From assembly GCA_937927735.1 (NCBI GenBank), contig CALBRZ010000043.1:6614-70613 (forward strand): a DNA stretch of 64,000 nt, written 5' to 3'. Positions 30,224 to 41,085 of the stretch are shown here, one piece after another. Below the pieces are notes generated by a model that did not search any database, had not been told where the DNA came from, and worked only from the letters and a program-made list of their open reading frames with translations. Position 1 is the first letter of the stretch, and each line of letters begins with the position of its first letter. The DNA is from an uncultured Planctomycetales bacterium (GTDB taxonomy: Bacteria > Planctomycetota > Planctomycetia > Pirellulales > S012-138). A program made the translations under genes and the position numbers.

Positions 30224-31813
30224 ATGACGAGGCCCTTAGCCGGTCGGGCGTATGTCTTGGCTGCCCTGCTCTGCAGCCTGGGCGGCAGTCTGCAAGCACA
30301 GCACGACCAGGCGACTGCAAACCGGCTGTTCCAGCCGCCAACGCTAGCAGCCCCGCTGGAGGCTGGCGTGGCGTATCCGTTGACCACTCCGCCGCTGCAC
30401 CATCCTTCGCCCAACAGCCGGCAGGAAAGCGAGCCAAGCAGCGACAATCTCGAGGGCAACGGCATCGCGAAGTCCGACAAGGACCAGGACCTCGAGGCCC
30501 GTCTCAAAGCGTTGGAAGAAGCCTTCGAGAAGTCGCAGAAAGCCGCCGAGGAAGCCAAGCGGAAGGAAGCGGACCGGCCCACACTCAACTGGTCAGCGCG
30601 CATCCAAACCGACTATTGGGCTTTTCCCGGCACCAGCCCTGGTGCGAATTTCTGGGAGCGCGGTAATCCCGACCTCGACGTGCAAGACCGGATCCTGCTC
30701 CGCCGGTTGCGGGTGACGGCCCGCGGCGAGATCTTTCAAACGATGGAGTACAAGTTTGACTTCGACTTCGGCACGCCCAACGATCCGCGAATCAAGGATG
30801 CCTACCTTGGCTGGACGGAGCTGCCGATCTTTCAAACCTTTCGCCTGGGCAACCAGAAACTGCCCTACGGTCTGGACCAACTCAATAGCAGCGTGCACGC
30901 CCTGTTCATGGAACGCCCGCTGGTGATCGACGCGATCACTCGCAACTATCGGCGGGTGGGCGTATGCGCCTACGGTGTGTCAGAAGACATGCGCTACAAC
31001 TGGCGTTACGGCACGTTCCTGATGGAAGACATCCAGGACACCGGTGAATACCTGGTGACCGATGATCCAGGCGTGCATCATTACCAGATGGAAATTGCCG
31101 GCCGCTTCGCCGACACCATCTGGTACGACGAGTGCTCCGATGGCCGCGGCTACGCCCACTGGGCCGTTGCCGGCGCGCTGGCTTACCCGGACGGCGAAGC
31201 AGGGCCGCGTAACCAGGCCCGCTTTGACACGCGTCCCGAAGCGCGCACAACGCGCCGCTGGATCGATACCGGCCAGATTGTCGACGCCAATTCGTACCAA
31301 CTGATCGCGTTGGAAGGCCTCATCAATCTTGGCCCGCTGCAATGGACGACCGAGTACCAGCACGTATTTGTGCAGCGAGATGGAGGCCGCTCTGATTTGC
31401 AATTCGGCGGCTTTTACACCTACGTGTCGTACTTCCTGACCGGTGAGCATCTGCCCTGGGATCGCGAAACCGGCACGCTCGACCGCGTGCGGCCGTTCGA
31501 GAATTTCTTCCTGGTGCGCACCTGCGATGGCGGCGTGGCTGGCGGCTGGGGGGCCTGGCAAGTGCTCTGCCGGTACTCGTATGCCAACTTTTCCGATGAC
31601 GACATCCTGGGCGGCATCGGCAGCAGCGTGACGTTCGGCCTGAACTGGTGGTGGACCTCCCACAGCCGTTTGCAGTTCAACTACATCTACGGCCGCATCC
31701 ACGACCGTTACGACCAGAACATCAGTTCCAGCACCGGCCTGCCTGGCGGAGCGATCGGGCCTACGGAGGGCGATTACCACATCATCGGCGTACGGTTCAT
31801 GGCCGATTTCTGA
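30224..31813 (+). CDS. Phosphate-selective porin O/P (OprO/OprP) family outer-membrane protein
   Basis: 529 aa. Signal peptide ...SLGGSLQAQ and an N-terminal coiled coil. LRRLRVTARGEIFQTMEYKFDFDF ... IKDAYLGW ... FRLGNQKLPYGLDQLNSS parallels the OprP core. Aromatic C-terminal ...VRFMADF. Confidence 0.75.
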   Translation: MTRPLAGRAYVLAALLCSLGGSLQAQHDQATANRLFQPPTLAAPLEAGVAYPLTTPPLHHPSPNSRQESEPSSDNLEGNGIAKSDKDQDLEARLKALEEAFEKSQKAAEEAKRKEADRPTLNWSARIQTDYWAFPGTSPGANFWERGNPDLDVQDRILLRRLRVTARGEIFQTMEYKFDFDFGTPNDPRIKDAYLGWTELPIFQTFRLGNQKLPYGLDQLNSSVHALFMERPLVIDAITRNYRRVGVCAYGVSEDMRYNWRYGTFLMEDIQDTGEYLVTDDPGVHHYQMEIAGRFADTIWYDECSDGRGYAHWAVAGALAYPDGEAGPRNQARFDTRPEARTTRRWIDTGQIVDANSYQLIALEGLINLGPLQWTTEYQHVFVQRDGGRSDLQFGGFYTYVSYFLTGEHLPWDRETGTLDRVRPFENFFLVRTCDGGVAGGWGAWQVLCRYSYANFSDDDILGGIGSSVTFGLNWWWTSHSRLQFNYIYGRIHDRYDQNISSSTGLPGGAIGPTEGDYHIIGVRFMADF

Positions 31814-31899
31814 AAGAAGGGGCCTGCCCTGCTGAGCGTCTGGTCTGCGATCGCTCGGCCCCCAGACCTGCCAACCGCCCCGAGACGAGGATTGTGACG

Positions 31900-32280
31900 A
31901 TGCTACGGATACTGCTGTGCCTGGTGGCGGGGGCGATGTTACTCGGGCCCCCAGCCAGCCTGACGGCTGAAGAAAGCGAAACGCCCAGACACCGACCGTG
32001 CTGCCCGCCGCGCTGCCCCAACTGCAAAGCGGTTTGGAAGTTCGAGTGGGCAATGGCCAAGGAAACCAAGTCGTGCTGGTGCATCGAGCGCAAGGCAATC
32101 GTCATCCCTAAGTTCACGTTCCCCTGGCAAAAGTGCGGCGAACCCAAGCAAGCCCGCATTAAATGGGTCAACCGACTCAAGGAGCTGGAGTACGAGTGCC
32201 CTCGCTGCAAGTGCAAGTGGACCGTGGAAGAGTTGCCCTGCGAGCACTGCGGCACTGGCACCTCTGCAAAAAACAACTGA
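31900..32280 (+). CDS. Small secreted cysteine-rich protein (12 Cys after the signal peptide), hypothetical
   Basis: 126 aa. Signal peptide MLRILLCLVAGAMLLGPPASLTAEE. Cys clusters are PCCPPRCPNC, SCWC, KCG, CPRCKC and CEHC. It lies 86 bp downstream of the porin on the same strand. Confidence 0.6.
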   Translation: MLRILLCLVAGAMLLGPPASLTAEESETPRHRPCCPPRCPNCKAVWKFEWAMAKETKSCWCIERKAIVIPKFTFPWQKCGEPKQARIKWVNRLKELEYECPRCKCKWTVEELPCEHCGTGTSAKNN

Positions 32281-32426
32281 TGCGGCGGAGCTGGCCGTAG
32301 CCGCTGCTTCGCACCGCCCCCACTCGAACTTGCCGCCCGGAGAACGCCCCCGGCTGCGGGTGGCAATCGCCAGGGACGGCTTTCTGCCCTATGATGGCTT
32401 GAATAGCGCCGAACTTTTTTGGCAGG

Positions 32427-33389
32427 ATGCCGCAACCTTCTGTTTTCTTACGCTTTCAGATCGCGAGAGTCGTTGTGACCCGTCCGCTCCGGTTAGGTAC
32501 CCGAGGCAGCAAACTGGCCCAGTGGCAGGCCAATTGGGTAGCCCAGCAGCTTCAGCAGGCCGGCTGCGCTGTCGAAGTGGTCCTGATCTCTACCACCGGC
32601 GACCAGCGTCAGCAGGAGCCCATCGCCAACGTCGGCCAGGGCGTGTTCACGAAGGAGATCCAGCGGGCACTGCTCGACAATCAGGTCGACCTGGCCGTGC
32701 ACAGTCTCAAGGACCTGCCCACTGAGCCGACGCCCGGTTTGTGTCTGGCCGCCGTGCCGCCCCGGGCAGCCGTGGGCGATGCGCTGCTCAGCCGCGAGGG
32801 TCACACGTTTGACCAACTGCCCCAGGGCGCCGTCGTGGGCACCGGGAGCAGCCGCCGCCGGGCCCAGTTGTGGCATCGCCGGCCGGACCTGAAGCTGCGT
32901 GATCTGCGTGGCAACGTCGATACCCGGCTCCGCAAGCTACAAGAAGGCGAGTTCGACGCGATCATCCTGGCCGAAGCCGGTCTGACCCGACTGGAGCTTC
33001 AAGCCCACATTACCGAAATCCTGCCCCTGGAGTGGTACCTGCCCGCGGTGGGGCAAGGGGCGCTGGGGATCGAAACCCGGGCGGACGACGACGCCACCCA
33101 GGCCGCCGTTGCCATACTCGACAATGCCGATACGCACTCCGCCGTACTGGCCGAACGGGCGCTGCTGGCCGGACTGCGGGCGGGCTGTCTGGCCCCGGTG
33201 GGTGCCTGGGGACGCGTGGTCGACGGCCAGGTGGTCCTCGATGCGGCCGTGCTAAGCATCGATGGCCGCCAGCGGCTCGCCGTGCACCGCGAAGGCGCTG
33301 CGGCCGACGCCGAGGCCCTGGGCAAGGACGCGGCCGACGAACTACTCGCGGCCGGAGCCGCCGATCTGATCCGCGACGCGCGGCGGTAA
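32427..33389 (+). CDS. hemC: Hydroxymethylbilane synthase (porphobilinogen deaminase)
   Basis: LRLGTRGSKLAQWQANWV and a full-length HemC pattern. An alternative GTG start at 32475 would give a more typical N-terminus. Confidence 0.9.
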   Translation: MPQPSVFLRFQIARVVVTRPLRLGTRGSKLAQWQANWVAQQLQQAGCAVEVVLISTTGDQRQQEPIANVGQGVFTKEIQRALLDNQVDLAVHSLKDLPTEPTPGLCLAAVPPRAAVGDALLSREGHTFDQLPQGAVVGTGSSRRRAQLWHRRPDLKLRDLRGNVDTRLRKLQEGEFDAIILAEAGLTRLELQAHITEILPLEWYLPAVGQGALGIETRADDDATQAAVAILDNADTHSAVLAERALLAGLRAGCLAPVGAWGRVVDGQVVLDAAVLSIDGRQRLAVHREGAAADAEALGKDAADELLAAGAADLIRDARR

Positions 33390-33582
33390 TCCGCGGCGTC
33401 ACCCTCCCCATCCTTGGGGTTGTGGTGCGCCGCCCGGCGGCTGCTTGCCCCCGTTGCCCCCTTAAGCGGCCCTATGGTACGCTTGCCACTTGTTTTACGG
33501 CCCGGGCTTGCCGCCTTCTCTGGCAGTGTGCCCGCGGCGCCATCCAGACAGTGCATAACCTCACGGCCCCAGCGGGACAGCG

Positions 33583-34152
33583 ATGCGGTTTTTCTACGGC
33601 TTTAAGGTGCTTTTCCTGGTCTGGTTCAATCGCGAAGCGGCCGAACGGGTCAAGGCCGCCGTCGATTCGTTGCAGGGGGCGTTGCCGGCTCCATCGGCCG
33701 CGCCGCCGCAACCGGCCCCTCAGCCCGAGGCGAAACCGGCTCCCAAGCCGGCCGCGGCTGCCAAACCAGCTCGCAGCGAAGCCCTGACCCTGCTGGCGGC
33801 CTTGCAGCGTGAAGCCCGCTTCGTCGACCTGGTGCAAGAACCGCTGGACGGCTACTCCGACGCCCAGGTGGGGGCTGCCGCCCGCGACGTGCTCCGCGAC
33901 TGCCAGAAAGTGGTGCAGCGGATGTTCGACCTGAAGCCGGTGGCCACCGAAGCCGAGGGCAGCACGATCGAAGTGCCGGCCGGGTTCGATGCCGGCCGGA
34001 TCCGGCTCACCGGCAACGTGACCGGCGATCCACCGTTCCGCGGCACGCTGGTGCATCACGGTTGGGAAGCCAGCCACGTGCAGTTGCCCGAGTGGTCGGG
34101 CAGCGAAGCAGCCGCCCGCGTGATCGCCCCGGCCGAGGTTGAACTGAAGTAA
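33583..34152 (+). CDS. DUF2760 domain-containing protein
   Basis: 189 aa. N-terminal hydrophobic helix, a Pro/Ala-rich linker, then ALTLLAALQREARFVDLVQEPLDGYSDAQVGAAARDV, which is typical of DUF2760. Confidence 0.68.
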   Translation: MRFFYGFKVLFLVWFNREAAERVKAAVDSLQGALPAPSAAPPQPAPQPEAKPAPKPAAAAKPARSEALTLLAALQREARFVDLVQEPLDGYSDAQVGAAARDVLRDCQKVVQRMFDLKPVATEAEGSTIEVPAGFDAGRIRLTGNVTGDPPFRGTLVHHGWEASHVQLPEWSGSEAAARVIAPAEVELK

Positions 34153-34258
34153 CACCGAGCCGCGCAGAAGCCCCCTGCCCTGCCTGGTTTCGCGCCACAT
34201 CACGGGTCCGGCCTGGCAGGCGAAAGGAGAAAAGTCAGCAACGCATCGAATCATCGAA

Positions 34259-35764
<1,506 letters not shown>

Positions 35765-35932
35765 CCGCACCGCCTCGCAACGGCTCGAACATGGGCCACG
35801 CAAGCTAGCATCGCGCGCATGCACTCGCCGGCCGAGATCTTGGTCCACGCGCGGCAAGCGGCCCAATCGATCACCGTGGCACAACCGGCAGCCGATAAAG
35901 CCCTATGGGTTTCTTGTACTTAGGGCCGTGAC

Positions 35933-36412
35933 ATGCACATCGGCAGCATCCGCCACCCTGCGTATCCGCCGCTGGCAGGTTCCTTCCTCAACCAAGCTGC
36001 TAACACATCAGGTTCGCCGATCGTCGCGCCGGCTGAAACTGGCGCGGGCGTGGAGGCTGGCGCGTCAGCAGCTTCGCAAAGCGGTGTCCCCATCGACTTC
36101 ACTCGCGCCACCCGGCAGGAGCTGTTCGACTGGATGAACGGCGAGATCCGCGCCGGCCGGATGACGCTCCACGAGAGCACGTCGTTCTTGGCGATGACGC
36201 TCAAGATCGACCCGGCAACCAACAAAGCCGTGGACATGGCCACCGACACCCAGCGATACGATTTTACGCAGCGTCTGCGCGACGACATCGAGGGTGCCTA
36301 TTGGCGTCGCGACCGCGATGCGGCCGCTCGGCTGGAAGCGGCGTTGGAAACCTTGTTGCGGTACCAACAACAGTATCAGCAGCAAGCGGCGACGATCGAC
36401 GTGGTCGTTTGA
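35933..36412 (+). CDS. Hypothetical protein
   Basis: 159-aa ORF in an otherwise empty interval. Protein-like composition (…RQELFDWMNGEIRAGRMTLHEST…). No family recognised. Confidence 0.5.
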   Translation: MHIGSIRHPAYPPLAGSFLNQAANTSGSPIVAPAETGAGVEAGASAASQSGVPIDFTRATRQELFDWMNGEIRAGRMTLHESTSFLAMTLKIDPATNKAVDMATDTQRYDFTQRLRDDIEGAYWRRDRDAAARLEAALETLLRYQQQYQQQAATIDVVV

Positions 36413-36459
36413 TCGTTGCAGCCCAGCGGTGGCTCGCCCCCCCTGCCCTGCCCGATCGT

Positions 36460-37737
36460 TCAGATCATGATCCCGGCGATGCACGCCGTCATGCAGGCCG
36501 CGAGCGCGCCACCTATCATCGCTCGAAAGCTGAGCCGGGCCAGATCGCCCCGCCGCTCGGGCGCCAAGGGGCTAATGCCGCCCAGTTGGATGCCGATCGA
36601 GCCAAAATTGGCAAAGCCGCACAAGGCGTACGTGGCGATCACGTCGGAACGCGGCGAAATGGCCGAAACCTTAGGCAGCAACTCCGGCGGCACACTGGTC
36701 AAGGCGCCAATGCCCGGCAGTTCCTGGGCACGCAACTGCACCAACTGGTCGTAAGCCAGGAACTCGTTGGCCACGATCTTGATGCCCAGCAGCCGGCCCA
36801 CGGTGAAGCAATCGGCCGGTTCCACGCCCATCAGCCAGGCAATGGGGGCGAACACGTAGCCCAACACCGCTTGCAAGCTCCAGGTTTGGCCAAAGAACGA
36901 GCCGAGCCAGCCTATGCCCTGATCCAACATGTACAACAAGCCCAGGAAGGCGATGATCATGCCTGCCACATTCAGGGCCAGTTTCAGGCCATCGGCTGCC
37001 CCGATCGCCGCGGCATGGATCACATTAACAGCCTCGCTTTGGGCCTCCATGCGAACATGCCCTAACGTGAGCGGTTGGCCTGTTTCCGGCTGCATCGCCT
37101 TGGCGATGAGTAGCGCCGCCGGGGCCGAAATTACCGACGCCGTCAGCAGGTGTACCGGGTCGACGCCCATGCCCACGTACGCCGCCATCACTCCGCCGGC
37201 CACTGTGGCAAAGCCGCCCACCATCACGGCCATCAGTTCCGAGTTGGTCATCTGCGGCAGATACGGGCGAATGACCAGCGGCGCCTCGGTCTGGCCCACG
37301 AAAACGTTGGCCGCGGTCGAGAGCGTCTCCGCCCCGGAGGTTCGCAGCGTTTTCTGCATCACCACGGCCATGACGCGAATCACGGCCTGCATCACGCCGA
37401 AGTAATACAGCACCGACATCAGGGCCGAGAAGAAGATGATCGTCGGCAATGCCTGGAAGGCGAACGACACCTGCGCGAACTGCTGGCTCATCATCACCGG
37501 GCCGAAAACGAACTGTGTGCCGGCCGATGCACAAGCGACCAGGAACAGGAACACATCGCGGATGAACTCAAACACCATCCGCCCCGGCTCGGTGCGCAAT
37601 ACCACGTAGGCGAAAATGAACTGGAGCAGTACTCCGCCCACCACCACGCGCAGGTTGAACCGCCGTTTGTCGGCACTGAGCAGCCATGCCAGGGCGATCA
37701 TGCCCAACAAACCGAGCGCGCTAGTGGCTTGAAGCAT
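36460..37737 (-). CDS. NupC/NupG-family concentrative nucleoside transporter
   Basis: 425 aa, polytopic. GTQFVFGP, ANVFVGQTEAPL and NEFLAY motifs are typical of the CNT family. Confidence 0.85.
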   Translation of the reverse strand: MLQATSALGLLGMIALAWLLSADKRRFNLRVVVGGVLLQFIFAYVVLRTEPGRMVFEFIRDVFLFLVACASAGTQFVFGPVMMSQQFAQVSFAFQALPTIIFFSALMSVLYYFGVMQAVIRVMAVVMQKTLRTSGAETLSTAANVFVGQTEAPLVIRPYLPQMTNSELMAVMVGGFATVAGGVMAAYVGMGVDPVHLLTASVISAPAALLIAKAMQPETGQPLTLGHVRMEAQSEAVNVIHAAAIGAADGLKLALNVAGMIIAFLGLLYMLDQGIGWLGSFFGQTWSLQAVLGYVFAPIAWLMGVEPADCFTVGRLLGIKIVANEFLAYDQLVQLRAQELPGIGALTSVPPELLPKVSAISPRSDVIATYALCGFANFGSIGIQLGGISPLAPERRGDLARLSFRAMIGGALAACMTACIAGIMI

Positions 37738-37830
37738 TGTGAGCGAGCCGCCTGGAAGGAGCGTCCATCGATCAACCGCGGTAGATATTAGTGAAACGGG
37801 CGGTTCGACGCGATGGCAGGCGTACCGCGA

Positions 37831-39285
37831 TCAGGCGTTTTCTTGCCCTCCCACTTCGTGCACGACCATCAGGTTGTGCACCGAGGCCCCCAGGGACGTT
37901 CCCCGAACCAGCAGAATCCGCTGGCCAGGCGAGAGCAACTTGTGCTGCCGCCCCCAGGCTTCGATGAACTGGGCCAGGGCGGCGCTGTCCTGCACGGGAC
38001 CGTTCTCCAGCGGGGTCACGCCCCAGAACAGGCACATGTGCCGCAGGGTTTGCGGGTCGTCGCTGATGCCGATCACCGGCACGTAGTTCCGCTGGTTGGA
38101 CATGGCCAGGGCTGTCGCACCACTGTGGCTGGCCACCACGATCAGCGCGGCCTCCAGGTGCCGGGCAATCTGCGAGGCCCCCTGCACCACGGCCTGGGTG
38201 ATCGGGTGCAGCCCCATGATCCGCGAGCGGCCGATGTCCCGCGGCGGCCGCCCATAGAACAACTGTTCGGTTTCCAGGGCGATGCGCTGCATCATGGCCA
38301 CGGCTTCCACGGGATGCTGGCCCACGGCCGTTTCGCCCGAGAGCATGCATGCATCGGCCCCGTCGAGCACGGCGTTGGCCACGTCGGTGGCCTCGGCCCG
38401 GGTAGGCCGCAGGTTGTAGTGCATGCTTTCCAGCATCTGCGTGGCCACGATCACCGGCTTCTGCATCCGGTTGCAGAGGCTGATCACCTGTTTCTGCACC
38501 ACGCCGATCCGGGCCACGTCGATTTCCACGCCCAGGTCGCCGCGGGCAACCATCGCGCCGTCGGCCGCCCCCACGATCTCTTCCAGGCACTCAAGCGCCT
38601 CGGGCTTCTCGATCTTGGCAATGATCTTGGCCCGCGACCGCTGTTCGACGAGCAGCCGCCGCAGTTGATGCACGTCCTCGGCCCGCCGCACAAAGCTCAG
38701 GCCGATGAAGTCGGCCCCGACCTGGGCCGCCCACACCGCGTTTTCGCGGTCGACCTCGGTCATGGCCGGGGTGCGGAGCTTGACGCCCGGCAGATTCACC
38801 CCCTGGCGGCTGCGGACCACGCCCTCCTGGATGACGTCGCACACGGCGTAATCATCCGTCCGCTCGACGACGCACAGGCTCACGATGCCGTCGGCCAGCA
38901 TCACGCGGTCGCCCACGTTCAGGTCGTCGATCAGCGGCTCGTACGTGGTGGCAAACTCGCCCGGTGCCTGCGGTTCACCGCGGACAAAGCGGACCTGGCC
39001 GCCTTCCTGGCAGTGGTACTCGTCGCCGGGCAGGTCCTTGAGCCGAATCTTGGGGCCGGCCAGATCGACGAGCACGCCCACGGGCCGTCCGGCCTCGCGG
39101 GAAGCCGCACGGATATCGTTGAACTGCTGTTCGTGCTGCTCGCGCGAGCCGTGGGCCATGTTCAGGCGGAACACGTCCACCCCGGCGCGGATGAGCTTCA
39201 CCAGGGTCTGTGGCGACGACGAAGCCGGCCCCAACGTGGCAACGATCTTGGTACGGCAATGTAAGGCAGGGGCGACAAAATTCAT
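37831..39285 (-). CDS. pyk: Pyruvate kinase
   Basis: 484 aa from MNFVAPALHCRTKIVATLGP. NMAHGS, MLSGETA and MVARGDLGVEI motifs. The longest ORF start at 39360 was rejected. Confidence 0.93.
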   Translation of the reverse strand: MNFVAPALHCRTKIVATLGPASSSPQTLVKLIRAGVDVFRLNMAHGSREQHEQQFNDIRAASREAGRPVGVLVDLAGPKIRLKDLPGDEYHCQEGGQVRFVRGEPQAPGEFATTYEPLIDDLNVGDRVMLADGIVSLCVVERTDDYAVCDVIQEGVVRSRQGVNLPGVKLRTPAMTEVDRENAVWAAQVGADFIGLSFVRRAEDVHQLRRLLVEQRSRAKIIAKIEKPEALECLEEIVGAADGAMVARGDLGVEIDVARIGVVQKQVISLCNRMQKPVIVATQMLESMHYNLRPTRAEATDVANAVLDGADACMLSGETAVGQHPVEAVAMMQRIALETEQLFYGRPPRDIGRSRIMGLHPITQAVVQGASQIARHLEAALIVVASHSGATALAMSNQRNYVPVIGISDDPQTLRHMCLFWGVTPLENGPVQDSAALAQFIEAWGRQHKLLSPGQRILLVRGTSLGASVHNLMVVHEVGGQENA

Positions 39286-39623
39286 GTTCACTACAACGGG
39301 TCTGGGGTGGTGATAGCGGCCGCGCCGAGGGCGCGGCCGGGCAAGCTGCGGGCGGCACAACCTTTGCTGGCTGTAACGGGCCGTTGCGCTTGTACGGATT
39401 GCCAGCCTGGCCCGCTGCTCAATCCCCCCACGGCATGTGCCAGAAGGTGCATGCAGTCCATTGACGGGGCCACTGGCAACTGTTGAGAATGGCGAACGTA
39501 TCGGGGGCGTGCGTACGCCAAGAGTACCGCACGGGGCTTGATTCCGCGAGCCCCCGCGCGGCGCGTTGGCGCTTTCAGGCTACGACGCGTCCCCACGATG
39601 CCGTTTGTCCCGCCTGCTTGACC

Positions 39624-40232
39624 ATGTCGACACCTGCCGCGTCGCGAAACGGAACGCCTGAGCCAACCTCGCCTGAGGTCGGTCGTTCCCCCGTATCAGG
39701 CGTAGCCGCCGGTGGTGCGCGCCGGCGGTTGTCCGCGCGCTGGCTGGTCCTGGGAACCTGCCTGGGCCTGATGGGCTCGTGCCTGGCCGGTTTGTACTGG
39801 TTCAACCGGCCGGCCCAACCGTTGCCTCCCTTGCTGACCCAAGAGCGGCTCGACGAAGCCTGGCAGCGGTGGCGTGAACGGGGCCCTGAAAGCTACCATC
39901 TGGAGGTCGACGTCCAGGGCGATGTCGGCGGAAAAGTGGTGCTGGACGTGCGCGACGGCGAGGTCGTCGCCATGAGCCGCGACGGCCATACCCCCTCGCA
40001 GAAACGGACTTGGGGGTATTGGACCGTACCCAATCAATTGGGAGTGCTGGAAACCGATCTGGCACACGCTCAAAATACGCACGGAGCGTTTCGCAACGAA
40101 ACCTCGCCCGCAGAGTTGCGAGCGGAGTTCGATAGCGAGTATGGTTATCCCAGTCGTTACCAACGCATGTCGCTGGGCGGCATGGGGGTAATGAGCTGGC
40201 AAATAACACGTTTTGAACCATTAACTGATTGA
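39624..40232 (+). CDS. Hypothetical membrane-anchored protein
   Basis: 202 aa from MSTPAAS. One TM helix (WLVLGTCLGLMGSCLAGLYWF) and then a small globular domain. No family recognised with confidence. Confidence 0.55.
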   Translation: MSTPAASRNGTPEPTSPEVGRSPVSGVAAGGARRRLSARWLVLGTCLGLMGSCLAGLYWFNRPAQPLPPLLTQERLDEAWQRWRERGPESYHLEVDVQGDVGGKVVLDVRDGEVVAMSRDGHTPSQKRTWGYWTVPNQLGVLETDLAHAQNTHGAFRNETSPAELRAEFDSEYGYPSRYQRMSLGGMGVMSWQITRFEPLTD

Positions 40233-40402
40233 CGGCGTTTGCAGTTCGGGGCCACAGCCTCCGGCAGTTCCCCCCGCCAGGGTCCCGGCCATGGCGGGGA
40301 GTGTTGCCGAAGATTGGGTCGCCAGGCGTCGAAGAGATTGCGTCTGTCTGCCCCCGCCATCAGTTGCGGTTGGCAGCGTGATGCCAACAAAGGGGACCGG
40401 GG

Positions 40403-41038
40403 GTGCGTTTGATCTTCGTAGGCCCGCCAGGAGCCGGCAAAGGTACTCAAGCCGCCAAGGTGGTCGAGCGGCACGGGATTCCGCATATCTCCACCGGGGA
40501 TATGTTCCGGGCCGCGATTCAAGAAGGCACGCCGCTTGGCCAACAGGTCGCCAAGCTGATTGCCCGAGGCTCGCTGGTGCCTGACGACGTTACGGTGAAC
40601 ATGGTCGTCTCGCGCATCGAGCGGCCGGATTGTGCCCAAGGCTTCTTGCTCGACGGCTTCCCCCGCACCCTCCCCCAAGCCGAGGCGCTCGAAGAAGCGT
40701 TGGCCGAGCACAACAAGCGGCTCGATGCCGTAATTCTGCTGGAAGTGCCCGACGATCTGATCGTCGAGCGGATCAGCGGGCGGCGTGTCGATCCCCTGAC
40801 GGGCGAGATCTACCACATCAAGTACAATCCGCCCCCACCCGAGATCGCCGGCCGGGTCATTCAACGGCCGGACGATACCGAGGCTACCTGCCGCCGCCGG
40901 CTGGAGAAGTACCACAGCGAGACGGAAGCGATTTTGCCGTTCTACGAGTCGCGCGGCCTGCTGGTGCGCGTGGATGGCACCAGTGACGCCGATGAGGTGG
41001 CCGCTAACGTGGCCGACGCCCTGGCTGCCCTCACTTAA
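40403..41038 (+). CDS. adk: Adenylate kinase (long LID without zinc-binding cysteines)
   Basis: GTG start. MRLIFVGPPGAGKGTQ P-loop and ISTGDMFRAAI. LID segment GRRVDPLTGEIYHIKYNPP lacks the Cys4 motif. Confidence 0.93.
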   Translation: MRLIFVGPPGAGKGTQAAKVVERHGIPHISTGDMFRAAIQEGTPLGQQVAKLIARGSLVPDDVTVNMVVSRIERPDCAQGFLLDGFPRTLPQAEALEEALAEHNKRLDAVILLEVPDDLIVERISGRRVDPLTGEIYHIKYNPPPPEIAGRVIQRPDDTEATCRRRLEKYHSETEAILPFYESRGLLVRVDGTSDADEVAANVADALAALT

Positions 41039-41085
41039 GATCGCCCGCCTGGGTAGCTGCTTGCCCGTCGGACAAAGGAGAACCC

